From: Patescibacteria group bacterium
GTDB taxonomy: Bacteria > Patescibacteriota > Minisyncoccia > Phycocordibacterales > Phycocordibacteraceae
NCBI GenBank assembly: GCA_038064595.1
Contig: JBBTSV010000001.1
Span: forward strand, 1,915-65,914
Direction of reading: 5' to 3'
DNA length: 64,000 nt
The notes below the pieces were generated by a model, which searched no databases, was not told the origin of the DNA, and was given only the letters and a program-made list of their open reading frames with translations. Position numbers and translations under genes: made by a program. Of the stretch, positions 9,197 through 19,324 are shown piece after piece. Within the stretch, counting starts at the first letter, position 1; every line of letters starts with the position of its first letter.

Positions 9197-10759
9197 TTAC
9201 TGATTAGGAATCACTTTATAGTCTTTAGTTTCGTCTACCAGGACCACATCTCCCTCACGCAATCCTGACACTATCTCAACATAGCCATCGACACCGACTG
9301 ATCCGGTTTCGACATGGGTGCGCACAGGCATGTCATTTTGGAGCAGGTTGACCGTGGCGCTTTTACCAGCACCAGCGACGGCAGCGAGGGGGATAGCGAG
9401 TACGGACGGCTTATCAGCAACTTGAATGTGTGCGGATGCGGTGAGACCCGGACGGATATGCGCGTCGAACGGATCGAAGTAGACCGTCACTTTAAAATTA
9501 GGGACACTGTCTTGAGGGGTTGCCGTTGGATCAATGGAGCGCAGAGTGCCCGTAAATGACTCACCCGGGAATGCGTCAAGCATAATGGACACCCTCTGGC
9601 CGACCACTATTTTATTCGAGTGAACCTCTGGAACATACCCCTCAAGCTTTAAGGGTCCCGTAGCGATAAGGGAGAGCACGGTAGCTCCGGCGCCGACTGC
9701 TTCACCAACGTTTGGCTCTATCGAGGCGACGGTACCTGAAAGGGGAGCAACAAGAGTTTGGTCACTCAGCGTATCCTTTAGTTCGGCAACCAATTCACGC
9801 GCATGCGCAACGGCCGCTTCCTGTGCCTGACGCGCTTCGTGTGTTGGACCAGACAGGAGAAGATCGAGCTCGCGCTCTGCGACGGTGACCGCTGCTTGAG
9901 TGCTCCGCACGGCGCTATATGCCTCATCAAGGGTGCGATCAATCCCGGTAAGAGCCGTACGAGCGGTCGTCACCGCACTCTGTGCGGCGGCACTTTGGGT
10001 TGGATCGCCGCTTGCGAGAAAGGTCGTCAAATTATCGAGGATACCTGCGATGACCTGTATGTAGTCGTGCATGTCATCGGTGGCATCGAGTAACGCGTCG
10101 ACGGATCCAGTCTGGAGTGCCGTGATGCGTGATCGCCATGAGATAAGTTGTGGCTGGAGATTACGGCGGGCACTGAGTGTCTGGATACTTGTTTGTTGAT
10201 CGACGATAAGGATGGTGAACGAGGAATGTGTAAAGGACGGGTTCTGAATAAATTGATCAATAGTGACGCGGATGACCGTGTCGGTCATGCTTTGGGCACT
10301 CGCGATCACCTTCAGCAATGCCTTTTGTGCATTGGTAAAGGCAGTCTGGGCATCGGTTACCTGAGCACTGGCTACGGCTATCTGTTCAGGGCGGGTTCCA
10401 CGAAGAAGTTCACGTAATCGTGCGCTCTCCGCATCAAACTGTGCCTGTGCCTGTGCAAGCTGGTCTTTTACCGTCGAGCTCCGTAAGACTATCAGCGGGG
10501 TGGTGGTCGTCACCGAGTCCCCAACGTTCACGAGGACAGCTTCCACAATGCCGTTGTTTTTGAAAGCAAGATCAATCGTTTCGGCAGCTTTTGTTGTTCC
10601 GAACATATCGACTTGCTCGACTATGTGCCGGTAGCTCACGGGTACGGGTGTGAGCACCACTGATTGGGCACCCTGCATTTTTGCATAGCCGTACCATAGA
10701 CCAACGCCGCCGAGGACGACACCCACCACGACGGACACCACGGTCAGGATACGAGTCAT
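9197..10759 (-). CDS. HlyD/MacA-like periplasmic adaptor subunit of an efflux system
   Basis: N-terminal TM, long coiled-coil/alpha-hairpin, beta-barrel C-terminal region; located upstream of a MacB-like ATPase and permease. Confidence 0.75.
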   Translation of the reverse strand: MTRILTVVSVVVGVVLGGVGLWYGYAKMQGAQSVVLTPVPVSYRHIVEQVDMFGTTKAAETIDLAFKNNGIVEAVLVNVGDSVTTTTPLIVLRSSTVKDQLAQAQAQFDAESARLRELLRGTRPEQIAVASAQVTDAQTAFTNAQKALLKVIASAQSMTDTVIRVTIDQFIQNPSFTHSSFTILIVDQQTSIQTLSARRNLQPQLISWRSRITALQTGSVDALLDATDDMHDYIQVIAGILDNLTTFLASGDPTQSAAAQSAVTTARTALTGIDRTLDEAYSAVRSTQAAVTVAERELDLLLSGPTHEARQAQEAAVAHARELVAELKDTLSDQTLVAPLSGTVASIEPNVGEAVGAGATVLSLIATGPLKLEGYVPEVHSNKIVVGQRVSIMLDAFPGESFTGTLRSIDPTATPQDSVPNFKVTVYFDPFDAHIRPGLTASAHIQVADKPSVLAIPLAAVAGAGKSATVNLLQNDMPVRTHVETGSVGVDGYVEIVSGLREGDVVLVDETKDYKVIPNQ

Positions 10760-10788
10760 TATCCTCTATTGTAGAACATATTTTCCGT

Positions 10789-11496
10789 CTAGAGACCCAC
10801 CATTTGCTGAAGCGGGGATTGTGGAATATGGGTGACGTCAACGAGTTGGCCCTGTTTCAACTCGAGCACGCGTGTGGCCATACTAAGCGACTCTCGTTCA
10901 TGGGTCACCATAATAATCGTGGAACCCGCTTTGTGGATAGCTCTAAACATCGAAAGAATTTCAAGGGCGCTGGTAGTGTCCAGGTTGGCCGTCGGCTCAT
11001 CGGCCAATATATACGAGGGATTATGGGCGATTGCACGAGCAATCGAGACGCGTTGTTGTTGTCCACCTGAAAGTTTCGATGGTCGGTATTTGGCATGATC
11101 GCCCAGACCGACGCGGTCGAGTGCAGCACGGGCGAGTTCTTTTGCCTCAGCACGACTCTTTCCTCGCATAATGAGAGGGAGCACGACATTATCGAGAGCA
11201 CTCATCTCAGCCATCAGCCCATAATCTTGAAAGACGTACCCCAAACGGTCTAAGCGCAGATCAGATCGTGCGTTCCTTGAGAGTGTGCTTCCTACGAATC
11301 CATCAATACTGACCACCCCCTCGTTTGGGGTGTCGAGGAGACCCAAGAGGTAGAGCAGCGTTGACTTACCAGAACCGGAGCGGCCGGTGATAATAACAAA
11401 CTCACCCTCTGCGGCTACGAAATCAAGGTGCTCAAACACAATAAGCGAACTCTCGCCCGAAGCGAACTGTTTTTTTAAGTTGCGTGCCTCAAGCAT
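10789..11496 (-). CDS. MacB/LolD-like ABC ATPase
   Basis: GRSGSGKSTLL, LSGGQQQRVSIARA, ILADEPTANLD. Confidence 0.85.
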   Translation of the reverse strand: MLEARNLKKQFASGESSLIVFEHLDFVAAEGEFVIITGRSGSGKSTLLYLLGLLDTPNEGVVSIDGFVGSTLSRNARSDLRLDRLGYVFQDYGLMAEMSALDNVVLPLIMRGKSRAEAKELARAALDRVGLGDHAKYRPSKLSGGQQQRVSIARAIAHNPSYILADEPTANLDTTSALEILSMFRAIHKAGSTIIMVTHERESLSMATRVLELKQGQLVDVTHIPQSPLQQMVGL

Positions 11497-11501
11497 AGGA
11501 G

Positions 11502-12788
11502 TTAGCGGCCGAGAATGGCATCGACGATTTCTTGTCGCATAATCATTCGTGCCGGGACAATGCTTGCGCACATAATCGCTATGTAGAGCACCAACGCTTT
11601 TACCCACGCCTCGGTGATCGATACAGAAAGGATACCATTACTGAAAGGAAAATCGATCGGGTGAGCAACGAAATATGGTTCAATAAGCATAAAATTAAGC
11701 GCAATGCCAATGACTGCGCCCAGTGAGGAAAAGAGCGATGATTGAGCCACATAACCTATCTCGATGCCACCCGGACGGACCCCGATGGCTTGTAGGATGC
11801 CGATAGAACGGCGGTGGGTGACCGTGTTGATAAATACCAAAATAAAGACCGCAATGAATGATATGACCAAGCCCGTACTTCCAAGAATCGTGCCCAACTG
11901 ACCGAATGTTGATGCAAAGTCTTGGAAAAATGACGGTTCGGAGTCACGACCATAGAGTATCAAACCGTTATTCCCTATAGGCGAACGCTTGAGCTGGTCT
12001 CGAATGGTGGGGGCACTCGCTCCAGGAGCAACTCTGACCGCGATCTCGTTGACTCCCCGATTCGTTCGTCCAAGCATAGCGCGAAGTTGAGCATCCACCA
12101 TGTAGGCACTCAAGTTTATTTCCTCCAATTTACTTGCCACGATTCCTTTTACGGTCATTTCTCGCTCAATACCGTTCAGCATGATACGTACTTTGTCTCC
12201 CACCCCAACCTTGGGGATGGGTATGGTACCAGGGAGTGCCGTGAGCGTTTTGTACCGTGCCAACAGGCTCGTACCGATGAGAATCTGGTTGTAATCCGTG
12301 GGACGTAAATACTCACCCTCAACAATGAGGTGAGAGAGCCCGGTCGTGGCATCTTCTGCGGTTGGGTCGATACCAATGAACGTCGAAATAATTACATCGG
12401 GAGTATCTTGTTCAGTGATCTTCTCTGCATAATTTCCCTCGATGATCCCGGTTGTTTTGTAACGCGGAGAAAACGAGGTAATAAGTGGCAGCGTTTTTAA
12501 ATAAGAGATTGTGTCGGGAGAGTTCAGGATGGCGTTTTTTCGATCGTGCTGGACGATCATAATGTCCCCCGTATAGTGATCTCGTCGCTCTTGGCGTAGC
12601 CCATCAACAATACCGACCAGCAGCCCACTGACCATGAGGAGGTTGAGATACGTCAGAATCATCACGACCACAATAAGGATTGACGTACCCTTATTCGCCA
12701 GCATCTGACGGTTTGCAAGGAAAAATCCAACACGGATCGTGTTCCAGGTGCGCCTGAATGAGGAGGGAGGCATACTACGAGGATCCAT
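11502..12788 (-). CDS. MacB/FtsX-like ABC permease with a large periplasmic domain
   Basis: FtsX-family C-terminal TM bundle; -10 TATACT lies 7 nt upstream of the ATG at 12788. Confidence 0.75.
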   Translation of the reverse strand: MDPRSMPPSSFRRTWNTIRVGFFLANRQMLANKGTSILIVVVMILTYLNLLMVSGLLVGIVDGLRQERRDHYTGDIMIVQHDRKNAILNSPDTISYLKTLPLITSFSPRYKTTGIIEGNYAEKITEQDTPDVIISTFIGIDPTAEDATTGLSHLIVEGEYLRPTDYNQILIGTSLLARYKTLTALPGTIPIPKVGVGDKVRIMLNGIEREMTVKGIVASKLEEINLSAYMVDAQLRAMLGRTNRGVNEIAVRVAPGASAPTIRDQLKRSPIGNNGLILYGRDSEPSFFQDFASTFGQLGTILGSTGLVISFIAVFILVFINTVTHRRSIGILQAIGVRPGGIEIGYVAQSSLFSSLGAVIGIALNFMLIEPYFVAHPIDFPFSNGILSVSITEAWVKALVLYIAIMCASIVPARMIMRQEIVDAILGR

Positions 12789-12857
12789 GCACTTTAGTAT
12801 AGCGCAAGGTGCTCCCTTAATAGTGAGGCACAATTCTAACTGGTATACTACAGAGCG

Positions 12858-14081
12858 ATGACCTCTCCTTCCCGTTATCGACCCCGCATTCTCTTTGTAA
12901 GTGAAGCAGTCACGCTCGCCCATCTTGCACGCCCGCTTGCGCTTGCTTCAGCACTCGCTGAAGATGAATACGATGTCCATCTTGCCGTTGGGGATGCGTT
13001 TGAGACAGTCGTGAAGCAGAGTGCGATCACACGACACACGATTACCAACCTTTCGCGTACTGAACTCATCAAACGTGTGCGACGTGGTGCGCCCCTCTTT
13101 GACCGCGCGACTCTTGAACGAGAGGTGGTTGAAGATCAGGCGCTCATCAGAGCCCTCCAACCAGATCTCATCATCGGAGACTTCCGGCTTTCGCTTGGGG
13201 TAAGCGCCCGCATCTGTCGGGTCCCGTACGCCGGCATCTCCAATGCATACTGGAGCCCATCAGTAGCCTCCTGGTACGAGGTACCGCCGACTTTGTTTAC
13301 CCGTGTGTGTCCGCTCCCGCTCGCCCAATTCTTTTTTGATCATGCACAGACGCACATCTTTGCGCACCACACTCGACCCTACAACCAGGTACGTGCGCAC
13401 TATGGTCTTCCCCCGATCCCGCCAACGCTTACACACCTGTATACCGACGCTGACCACATGCTCTACGCTGATCCCCCTGACTTATTCCGAGGGCCACAGT
13501 ATTTAGCAAATGAACATTTTCTAGGGTTCATGCCGTGGTCGCTCGAAGCCCCGCACCCCTCAACGATAGAGTTTCCCAATACACACGAACCGCTCTGTTA
13601 CGTCGCACTCGGCAGCAGCGGTGCGCACCATCTAACCGAGAAAATTATTCAAGCATTCGGTGCTCTGCCGGTACGCGCGCTCATCGGGCGCGACGCCCAT
13701 CTCGTTGACGTCCCCCTCTCGCCTAACGTGCGTTTGACGCCGCTTTTGTCGGCAGCAACGATAGCAGAAAAAGCTGATCTCTTGATTATCAATGGCGGAA
13801 GTACGATGACGAGTCATGCGATAACTGCTGGGAAGCCAATAATCGGTATATCGGACAACATTGACGCATTGCTCAACATGCAGCGGATCGTAGCAAGTGG
13901 TATCGGCCTCTCCTTTCGTACCGATCGCTTTACGTCTCGAATGTTTGCAGATGGAGTGATGCGGATATTAACTGACCCCACCTTTCGCACAGCCGCACAG
14001 CTCCTTCAACGCTCTGCAGCGCAGCACGACTTTCGGAGAAATATCAGGTCATTCATTTCTTCAGTGACTGGTATACAATAA
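12858..14081 (+). CDS. GT-B glycosyltransferase, family 1 / MGT-like (UDP-sugar dependent)
   Basis: C-terminal signature INGGSTMTSHAITAGKPIIGISDNIDALLNMQRIVASGIG; -10 TATACT 8 nt upstream of the ATG. Confidence 0.8.
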   Translation: MTSPSRYRPRILFVSEAVTLAHLARPLALASALAEDEYDVHLAVGDAFETVVKQSAITRHTITNLSRTELIKRVRRGAPLFDRATLEREVVEDQALIRALQPDLIIGDFRLSLGVSARICRVPYAGISNAYWSPSVASWYEVPPTLFTRVCPLPLAQFFFDHAQTHIFAHHTRPYNQVRAHYGLPPIPPTLTHLYTDADHMLYADPPDLFRGPQYLANEHFLGFMPWSLEAPHPSTIEFPNTHEPLCYVALGSSGAHHLTEKIIQAFGALPVRALIGRDAHLVDVPLSPNVRLTPLLSAATIAEKADLLIINGGSTMTSHAITAGKPIIGISDNIDALLNMQRIVASGIGLSFRTDRFTSRMFADGVMRILTDPTFRTAAQLLQRSAAQHDFRRNIRSFISSVTGIQ

Positions 14082-14089
14082 AGGTACGC

Positions 14090-14758
14090 ATGAAAACCTC
14101 ACCTCTCGACCTTGTGTTCAACGGAGGTGCTTTCCTCCTCATTCTCGGGGGGGTGAGCGTGATTGTGCTCTGGTACGTTGCCCCCTTCACGACTGCGCTC
14201 ACGGGGGTATACCATCCCGTGTTTGATGTCGTGGTCGCGTCCGTCTTGTTTGGGGTAGGCGCAGGTATCCTGGTACGCACCACGCTTCTATTTCTCCCAC
14301 TTCAGCAAGGAACCTTTCGTATGGATCAACCGATTTTTACCTACTGGAAATTTCTCACCCTCACCTATTACACCGGGAAAGCTGCGCTCTCTCCAGTAAC
14401 GGTACTTCCACTTCGCCCGTGGGTGTTACGACTGTTTGGGGCACGTATTGGTAGCGACGTTGCGATTGATGGTGTGGTCGACACCCCGTTCCTCACCACC
14501 ATTGGCGATCGCACGCTTGTGGGAAACGGGTCACATCTTGCGGGGAACGTGACCCAGAACGGAGCACTGATTATCGGGCGTGTACAGATTGGATCAGACG
14601 TTACTATTTGTATGAATGCGGTCGTATTGCCGAATACGATCATCGGTGACCGTGCGGTCGTTGACATTGGCGCGGTGGTCATGCCCGGCTCGGTGATACC
14701 GGCAGGAGAGACCTGGCGGGGGAATCCGGCACGCAAGTGGCTCGGCGCGAGCGTCTAA
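14090..14758 (+). CDS. hexapeptide-repeat (LbH) acetyl/acyltransferase with N-terminal TM segments
   Basis: Imperfect tandem hexapeptide repeats (IGSDVAIDG.., IGDRTLVGNG.., IGSDVTIC..). Confidence 0.75.
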   Translation: MKTSPLDLVFNGGAFLLILGGVSVIVLWYVAPFTTALTGVYHPVFDVVVASVLFGVGAGILVRTTLLFLPLQQGTFRMDQPIFTYWKFLTLTYYTGKAALSPVTVLPLRPWVLRLFGARIGSDVAIDGVVDTPFLTTIGDRTLVGNGSHLAGNVTQNGALIIGRVQIGSDVTICMNAVVLPNTIIGDRAVVDIGAVVMPGSVIPAGETWRGNPARKWLGASV

Positions 14759-14762
14759 CACT

Positions 14763-15014
14763 ATGGATACGCGAGACAGAGTTCGCACCGTGTTTGACGA
14801 TACGCTCCAGCTCGGTGGACGCACCGCCGCGTGGGAGGAGACGACCCCGCTCCTCGGGAGCTTGGCCGAACTTGATTCGCTGACTATCTTTACGGTCATC
14901 GCTGCGCTCGAGAAAGAATTCGCTATCGCGTTTGATGATGGCGATATCAATGCCGAGGTGCTCGCGACACTCGGTTCACTCACCGCGTTTATCGACGAGA
15001 AACAGGCGACATAA
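14763..15014 (+). CDS. acyl carrier protein (phosphopantetheine site LDSL)
   Basis: 83 aa, acidic, LAELDSLTIFTVI helix-II serine. Confidence 0.65.
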   Translation: MDTRDRVRTVFDDTLQLGGRTAAWEETTPLLGSLAELDSLTIFTVIAALEKEFAIAFDDGDINAEVLATLGSLTAFIDEKQAT

Positions 15015-15020
15015 TCTGCC

Positions 15021-16601
15021 ATGATCATCCTCGTTCACGATCTCATAGCATCTGCAGCAGAGCGGTGGGGGGAACGGGTTGCGTTGCGGTACCAGAATCA
15101 AGAACTCACCTACCGGGCGCTCGCAGACGCGGTCGCCGCGAGCGCGTCCGGCTACAGGGCTCTCGGGCTTGCGCGCGGCGATCGTGTTGCGGTGTATACC
15201 GAGAAACGTCTCGAGACCGTCATCGCGCTCTTTGGCGCCACACATGCTGGTGGGGTCATGGTGCCTGTTAATCCGGTACTCAAGGCCAATCAGGTCGCAC
15301 ATATTGTACGCGACAGCACCGCACGCATACTTGTGACTACGAGTGAGCGGGTCGCGAGCCTCTCCGCCGTGCTTGATACCTGCCCAAGCCTCACTCACGT
15401 GATCTGTATCGGTGAAGCGCCCATTGACCACTCGGCGCGATTCTCGTGGGTTGGGTGGTCGTCTCTTCTGGAACAGGTGCCGTGTGAAGGTCACCGCACT
15501 ATTGATAGCGATATCGCCGCGCTCCTCTATACCTCCGGGAGTACGGGGAGACCCAAGGGCGTGATCATACCGCATCGTGTGCTCTGTGCGGGCGCGGCAA
15601 GTGTCGCAACGTATCTCGAGCTGACCGCCAAGGAGCGTGTGCTCGCCGTTCTCCCACTCTCTTTTGATTATGGTCTCAATCAACTGACGGCGACGTGGTA
15701 TGCAGGCGGCTGCGTGGTACTCATGAACCATCTTCTCGTAAAGGACATTATTTCTATGGTGGAGAAGGAGAAGATTACCGGTCTTGCGGCGGTGCCCGCA
15801 CTCTGGATCCAGCTCGCGCAGCTCTCATGGCCGCCCGCGTGTCGTGCCCACCTACGCTATATCACGAACTCTGGTGGGCATATGCCCAATGAAACGCTTG
15901 CGCGTTTACGTGCCGCGCTCCCGACCACCACTCCATACCTGATGTACGGCCTCACCGAGAGCTTCCGCTCGACCTACCTGCCACCGGCCGATCTTGATAC
16001 GCGCCCCGACTCTATCGGAAAAGCGATCCCGAATGCAGAGGTTTTGGTGGTACGCCCAGACGGCACTCCCTGCGCGCCGCATGAGCCGGGAGAGCTCGTG
16101 CATCGCGGCACACTGGTCGCACTTGGATACTGGAACGACCCGGAGAAGACCAAGGAGCGTTTTCGTCCGCTTCCGGGGCAGCGCCCCGAATTGCCTCTCG
16201 CCGAGCTTTGTGTGTGGTCCGGCGATACGGTTACTATGGATGAGGACGGGTACCTCTATTATGTTGGGCGCACTGATGAAATGATTAAGACGTCGGGGTA
16301 TCGAGTGAGCCCGACAGAGATCGAGGAGGTACTCTATGCCACGAAGCTCGTTGGGGAGGTCGCTGTTTTCGGCGTCCCGCATCCGGAGCTCGGGCAGGCA
16401 ATCGCGGTAGTCGCGACCCCCGCCTTGGGCACTGATCTCTCGCCCGAGACGCTGCTCACTGTCTGTCGACAGCGCTTCCCGCGCTATATGGTCCCAGCTC
16501 ATCTCGAGGTTGTGCACGGACCGCTTCCGGTGAACGCCAATGGGAAGTTCGACCGCCGTCTGCTTGCCGAAGAACGGAAACACGTATGCATCACATCTTA
16601 A
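15021..16601 (+). CDS. AMP-dependent synthetase/ligase (acyl-CoA or acyl-ACP ligase)
   Basis: LYTSGSTGRPKGV AMP-binding motif, 526 aa. Confidence 0.85.
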   Translation: MIILVHDLIASAAERWGERVALRYQNQELTYRALADAVAASASGYRALGLARGDRVAVYTEKRLETVIALFGATHAGGVMVPVNPVLKANQVAHIVRDSTARILVTTSERVASLSAVLDTCPSLTHVICIGEAPIDHSARFSWVGWSSLLEQVPCEGHRTIDSDIAALLYTSGSTGRPKGVIIPHRVLCAGAASVATYLELTAKERVLAVLPLSFDYGLNQLTATWYAGGCVVLMNHLLVKDIISMVEKEKITGLAAVPALWIQLAQLSWPPACRAHLRYITNSGGHMPNETLARLRAALPTTTPYLMYGLTESFRSTYLPPADLDTRPDSIGKAIPNAEVLVVRPDGTPCAPHEPGELVHRGTLVALGYWNDPEKTKERFRPLPGQRPELPLAELCVWSGDTVTMDEDGYLYYVGRTDEMIKTSGYRVSPTEIEEVLYATKLVGEVAVFGVPHPELGQAIAVVATPALGTDLSPETLLTVCRQRFPRYMVPAHLEVVHGPLPVNANGKFDRRLLAEERKHVCITS

Positions 16602-17800
16602 ACTCTTTTTCTACCACCAACCACGAGCTCGTCATCGGCGGTGTGCCGCTCACAACGCTCGTGGCGCGTGTTGGCTCCACCCCTTTGTATGTCTATGATC
16701 GAGAGCGGATCACTGACCGGGTTGCACTTCTGCGGAAACACCTCTCGCCGATGCTCAACGTCTCCTATGCCATGAAGGCAAACCCCATGCCCGCCGTGCT
16801 CGCGCACCTTGCGTCACAGGTTGATGGCTTTGACGTCTCCTCGCTTACCGAGATGACGCGGGCGCTCGATACAGGCATGCCAGCTACCGCGATAAGCTTT
16901 TCTGGACCGGGGAAAACTGAAAAAGAAATCACCTGTGCCGTGGCGGCGGGCGTACTCCTCCATGTGGAGTCGCTCCGCGAGCTGCGAGCAGTTATCGCTG
17001 CGGGGATAGCACTCGGACAGACACCACGCATTGCACTCCGGATCAATCCGGATTTTGCGGTGAAGGGGGTAAAGATAAAAATGGGCGGGATGACCCAGTT
17101 TGGTGTTGATCCGGAGACCGTCCCCGAGATGCTCACGATGCTCACGGCAGCCGGTCTTACCTGTGAAGGATTCCACATCTTCTGTGGCTCGCAGAACCTG
17201 CATGCCGACCTCGCAGTTACTGTGGTGAAGGACTCTCTTGCGCTCCTGTATCGTCTCTCTGCGCAGCTCCCCGCGCCGCCGCGTTCGCTCGTCCTCGGTG
17301 GCGGGTTCGGCATCCCGTATTTCCCGGGTGACGAGCCACTTGATATAGCTGCCGTGGGGAAGGGGCTCCAGCCTCTCCTGACTGAAGCGAAAGCGCATTT
17401 TCCCGAGGCAGTCATTGGTATGGAGCTTGGGCGCTATCTGGTGGGCGAAGCCGGGGTATATGTCGCGCGGGTGATAGACACAAAAACGGTACGGGAAAAA
17501 ACCTTTGTCGTCACCGATGGCGGACTCCATCACCACCTACCCGCCTCGGGGAACTTTGGGCAGTTTATCCGCCGCAACTACCCCGTCGCCATCGGTAACC
17601 GCATGAACACCCCAGCCACTGAGATCGTCTCAATCGTGGGGCCACTGTGCACCACCCTCGATCTTCTGGCCGACTCGGTGCAGCTGCCGCACGTGAGTAT
17701 TGGCGATCTGGTGGTCGTCTTTCAGTCGGGAGCGTACGGCCTCACTGCAAGCCCCCTCGACTTTCTCAGTCACCCACACCCCGTCGAAGTACTGGTCTAG
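16586..17800 (+). CDS. PLP-dependent decarboxylase (Orn/DAP/Arg decarboxylase fold type III)
   Basis: N-terminal TIM-barrel with AMKAN (PLP lysine) and a C-terminal beta-sandwich; overlaps the ligase stop. Confidence 0.8.
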   Translation: MHHILNSFSTTNHELVIGGVPLTTLVARVGSTPLYVYDRERITDRVALLRKHLSPMLNVSYAMKANPMPAVLAHLASQVDGFDVSSLTEMTRALDTGMPATAISFSGPGKTEKEITCAVAAGVLLHVESLRELRAVIAAGIALGQTPRIALRINPDFAVKGVKIKMGGMTQFGVDPETVPEMLTMLTAAGLTCEGFHIFCGSQNLHADLAVTVVKDSLALLYRLSAQLPAPPRSLVLGGGFGIPYFPGDEPLDIAAVGKGLQPLLTEAKAHFPEAVIGMELGRYLVGEAGVYVARVIDTKTVREKTFVVTDGGLHHHLPASGNFGQFIRRNYPVAIGNRMNTPATEIVSIVGPLCTTLDLLADSVQLPHVSIGDLVVVFQSGAYGLTASPLDFLSHPHPVEVLV

Positions 17801-17822
17801 AAGGCGGTATACTATACGTACT

Positions 17823-18683
17823 ATGTCCGTTGATGCTTGGTCATACCGTGAAGCGTTTGATCGCAACAGAAAGCTCATTAGTGACGATCATCAAGAAAAA
17901 CTCGAGCAGGCGCGCGTCGCGATCGCGGGGCTCGGCGGGGTCGGCGGGATCCACGCCACCACGCTTGCGCGGCTTGGGATAGGGCACTTCAGCATCGCTG
18001 ACCCCGATACGTTTGAGCTCTCCAATATCAATCGGCAACAAGGGGCGAACACCACCACCCTTAACATGCCCAAGAACATCACCCTCGAGCGGCTCATAAA
18101 AGAGATTAACCCCACAGCCGAGGTGCGCGTGAGCGGCGCCCTGACCGAAGAAAATATCGACGCCTTTCTCGAGGGAGCAACGCTTGCCGTCGACGGTATC
18201 GATTTCTTCACTATAAGTGCCCGCCGTCTCCTCTACCGCACATGCCGCGCGCGCGGGATCCCGGTCCTGGGCGCCGGACCAATCGGCTTTGGGTCCTCGA
18301 TGCTCAACTTCAGCCCCACTGGCATGAGCTTCGACGACTACATGAACATCACCGATGCCTTGCCGGAGCGTGAGCAGATACTCCACTTCGCGCTTGGTAT
18401 CGCACCGCGCATGCTCCAACGTTCCTACTTTGCGCCCACGACTATCGACTTCGCGGGTCATCACGCCCCCTCCTCCGTGCTGGGGACCCTCGCGTGTGCC
18501 AACTTCGTTGGTTGTGAGGCGTACAAGATTATCGTCGGACTCCCGTATGAGAGTGCACCGGTTTCCTGGCACTTCGACCCCTACGTGCGAAAGCTCCGAC
18601 GCTGCAACCTATGGGGAGGGAATCGTAACCCCATTCAGCGCTTCAAAAAATGGTATTTTATACATATCCTTAAATTGAAATGA
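17823..18683 (+). CDS. ThiF/MoeB/HesA-family E1-like adenylyltransferase
   Basis: VAIAGLGGVGG nucleotide-binding loop, NINRQ motif. Confidence 0.75.
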   Translation: MSVDAWSYREAFDRNRKLISDDHQEKLEQARVAIAGLGGVGGIHATTLARLGIGHFSIADPDTFELSNINRQQGANTTTLNMPKNITLERLIKEINPTAEVRVSGALTEENIDAFLEGATLAVDGIDFFTISARRLLYRTCRARGIPVLGAGPIGFGSSMLNFSPTGMSFDDYMNITDALPEREQILHFALGIAPRMLQRSYFAPTTIDFAGHHAPSSVLGTLACANFVGCEAYKIIVGLPYESAPVSWHFDPYVRKLRRCNLWGGNRNPIQRFKKWYFIHILKLK

Positions 18684-19324
18684 CCGCAACGCTCACTAAG
18701 AGGGTCGGCATACGCTCGCTCGACACCATATTCCGCACGACCCAGCTCATTACCTACCCCTTCAACTGGTGGCTCAGTCGGCGTATCAAGCTGACGGCAC
18801 GGGTGCCCTATACCTTCAGCGTACCGCGCGGGACCCTGGTGCTTGCAAATCACCGGAGTCTCTTTGATCCGTTTTTGATCGCGTATCACTTGGGGATGGA
18901 GAATTGGCTCCACACGATCCCCACGCGCTATCCGGCGACTCCTGACTATACGCTTCGCCCCATCCTTGGTTCGGTGATACGTGCGCTCGGCGCCTACAAC
19001 ATCGGTAGGACACCGATGGAGCGCGCCAAGAAGCTCGTGTTTACCCGTGACCTGCTTGATCGCGGATGTACGGTCCTCCTTTTTCCAGAAGGGAAGATTG
19101 TAGATAACGGGGAAGTGGTCGCCGAGTTTCAGCGGGGTATCAAGATGCTTTTCGCCCAGGACTACCCGATCGTCCTCGTCCGCCTCTCGGGCTTCAACAC
19201 CCACTCATTTCTGCGTCCCCATACCGTCGCCGACGCCCGTATTGAGTACAGCCCCGTTATCCGAGGGACTCCCGAGATGAAGCTCGAGCAACTCCGCACG
19301 TTTTACGGCTTACGCGATGTATGA
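18680..19324 (+). CDS. PlsC-family (lysophospholipid/OlsA-like) acyltransferase
   Basis: HXXXXD motif NHRSLFD and FPEG block. Confidence 0.75.
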   Translation: MTATLTKRVGIRSLDTIFRTTQLITYPFNWWLSRRIKLTARVPYTFSVPRGTLVLANHRSLFDPFLIAYHLGMENWLHTIPTRYPATPDYTLRPILGSVIRALGAYNIGRTPMERAKKLVFTRDLLDRGCTVLLFPEGKIVDNGEVVAEFQRGIKMLFAQDYPIVLVRLSGFNTHSFLRPHTVADARIEYSPVIRGTPEMKLEQLRTFYGLRDV

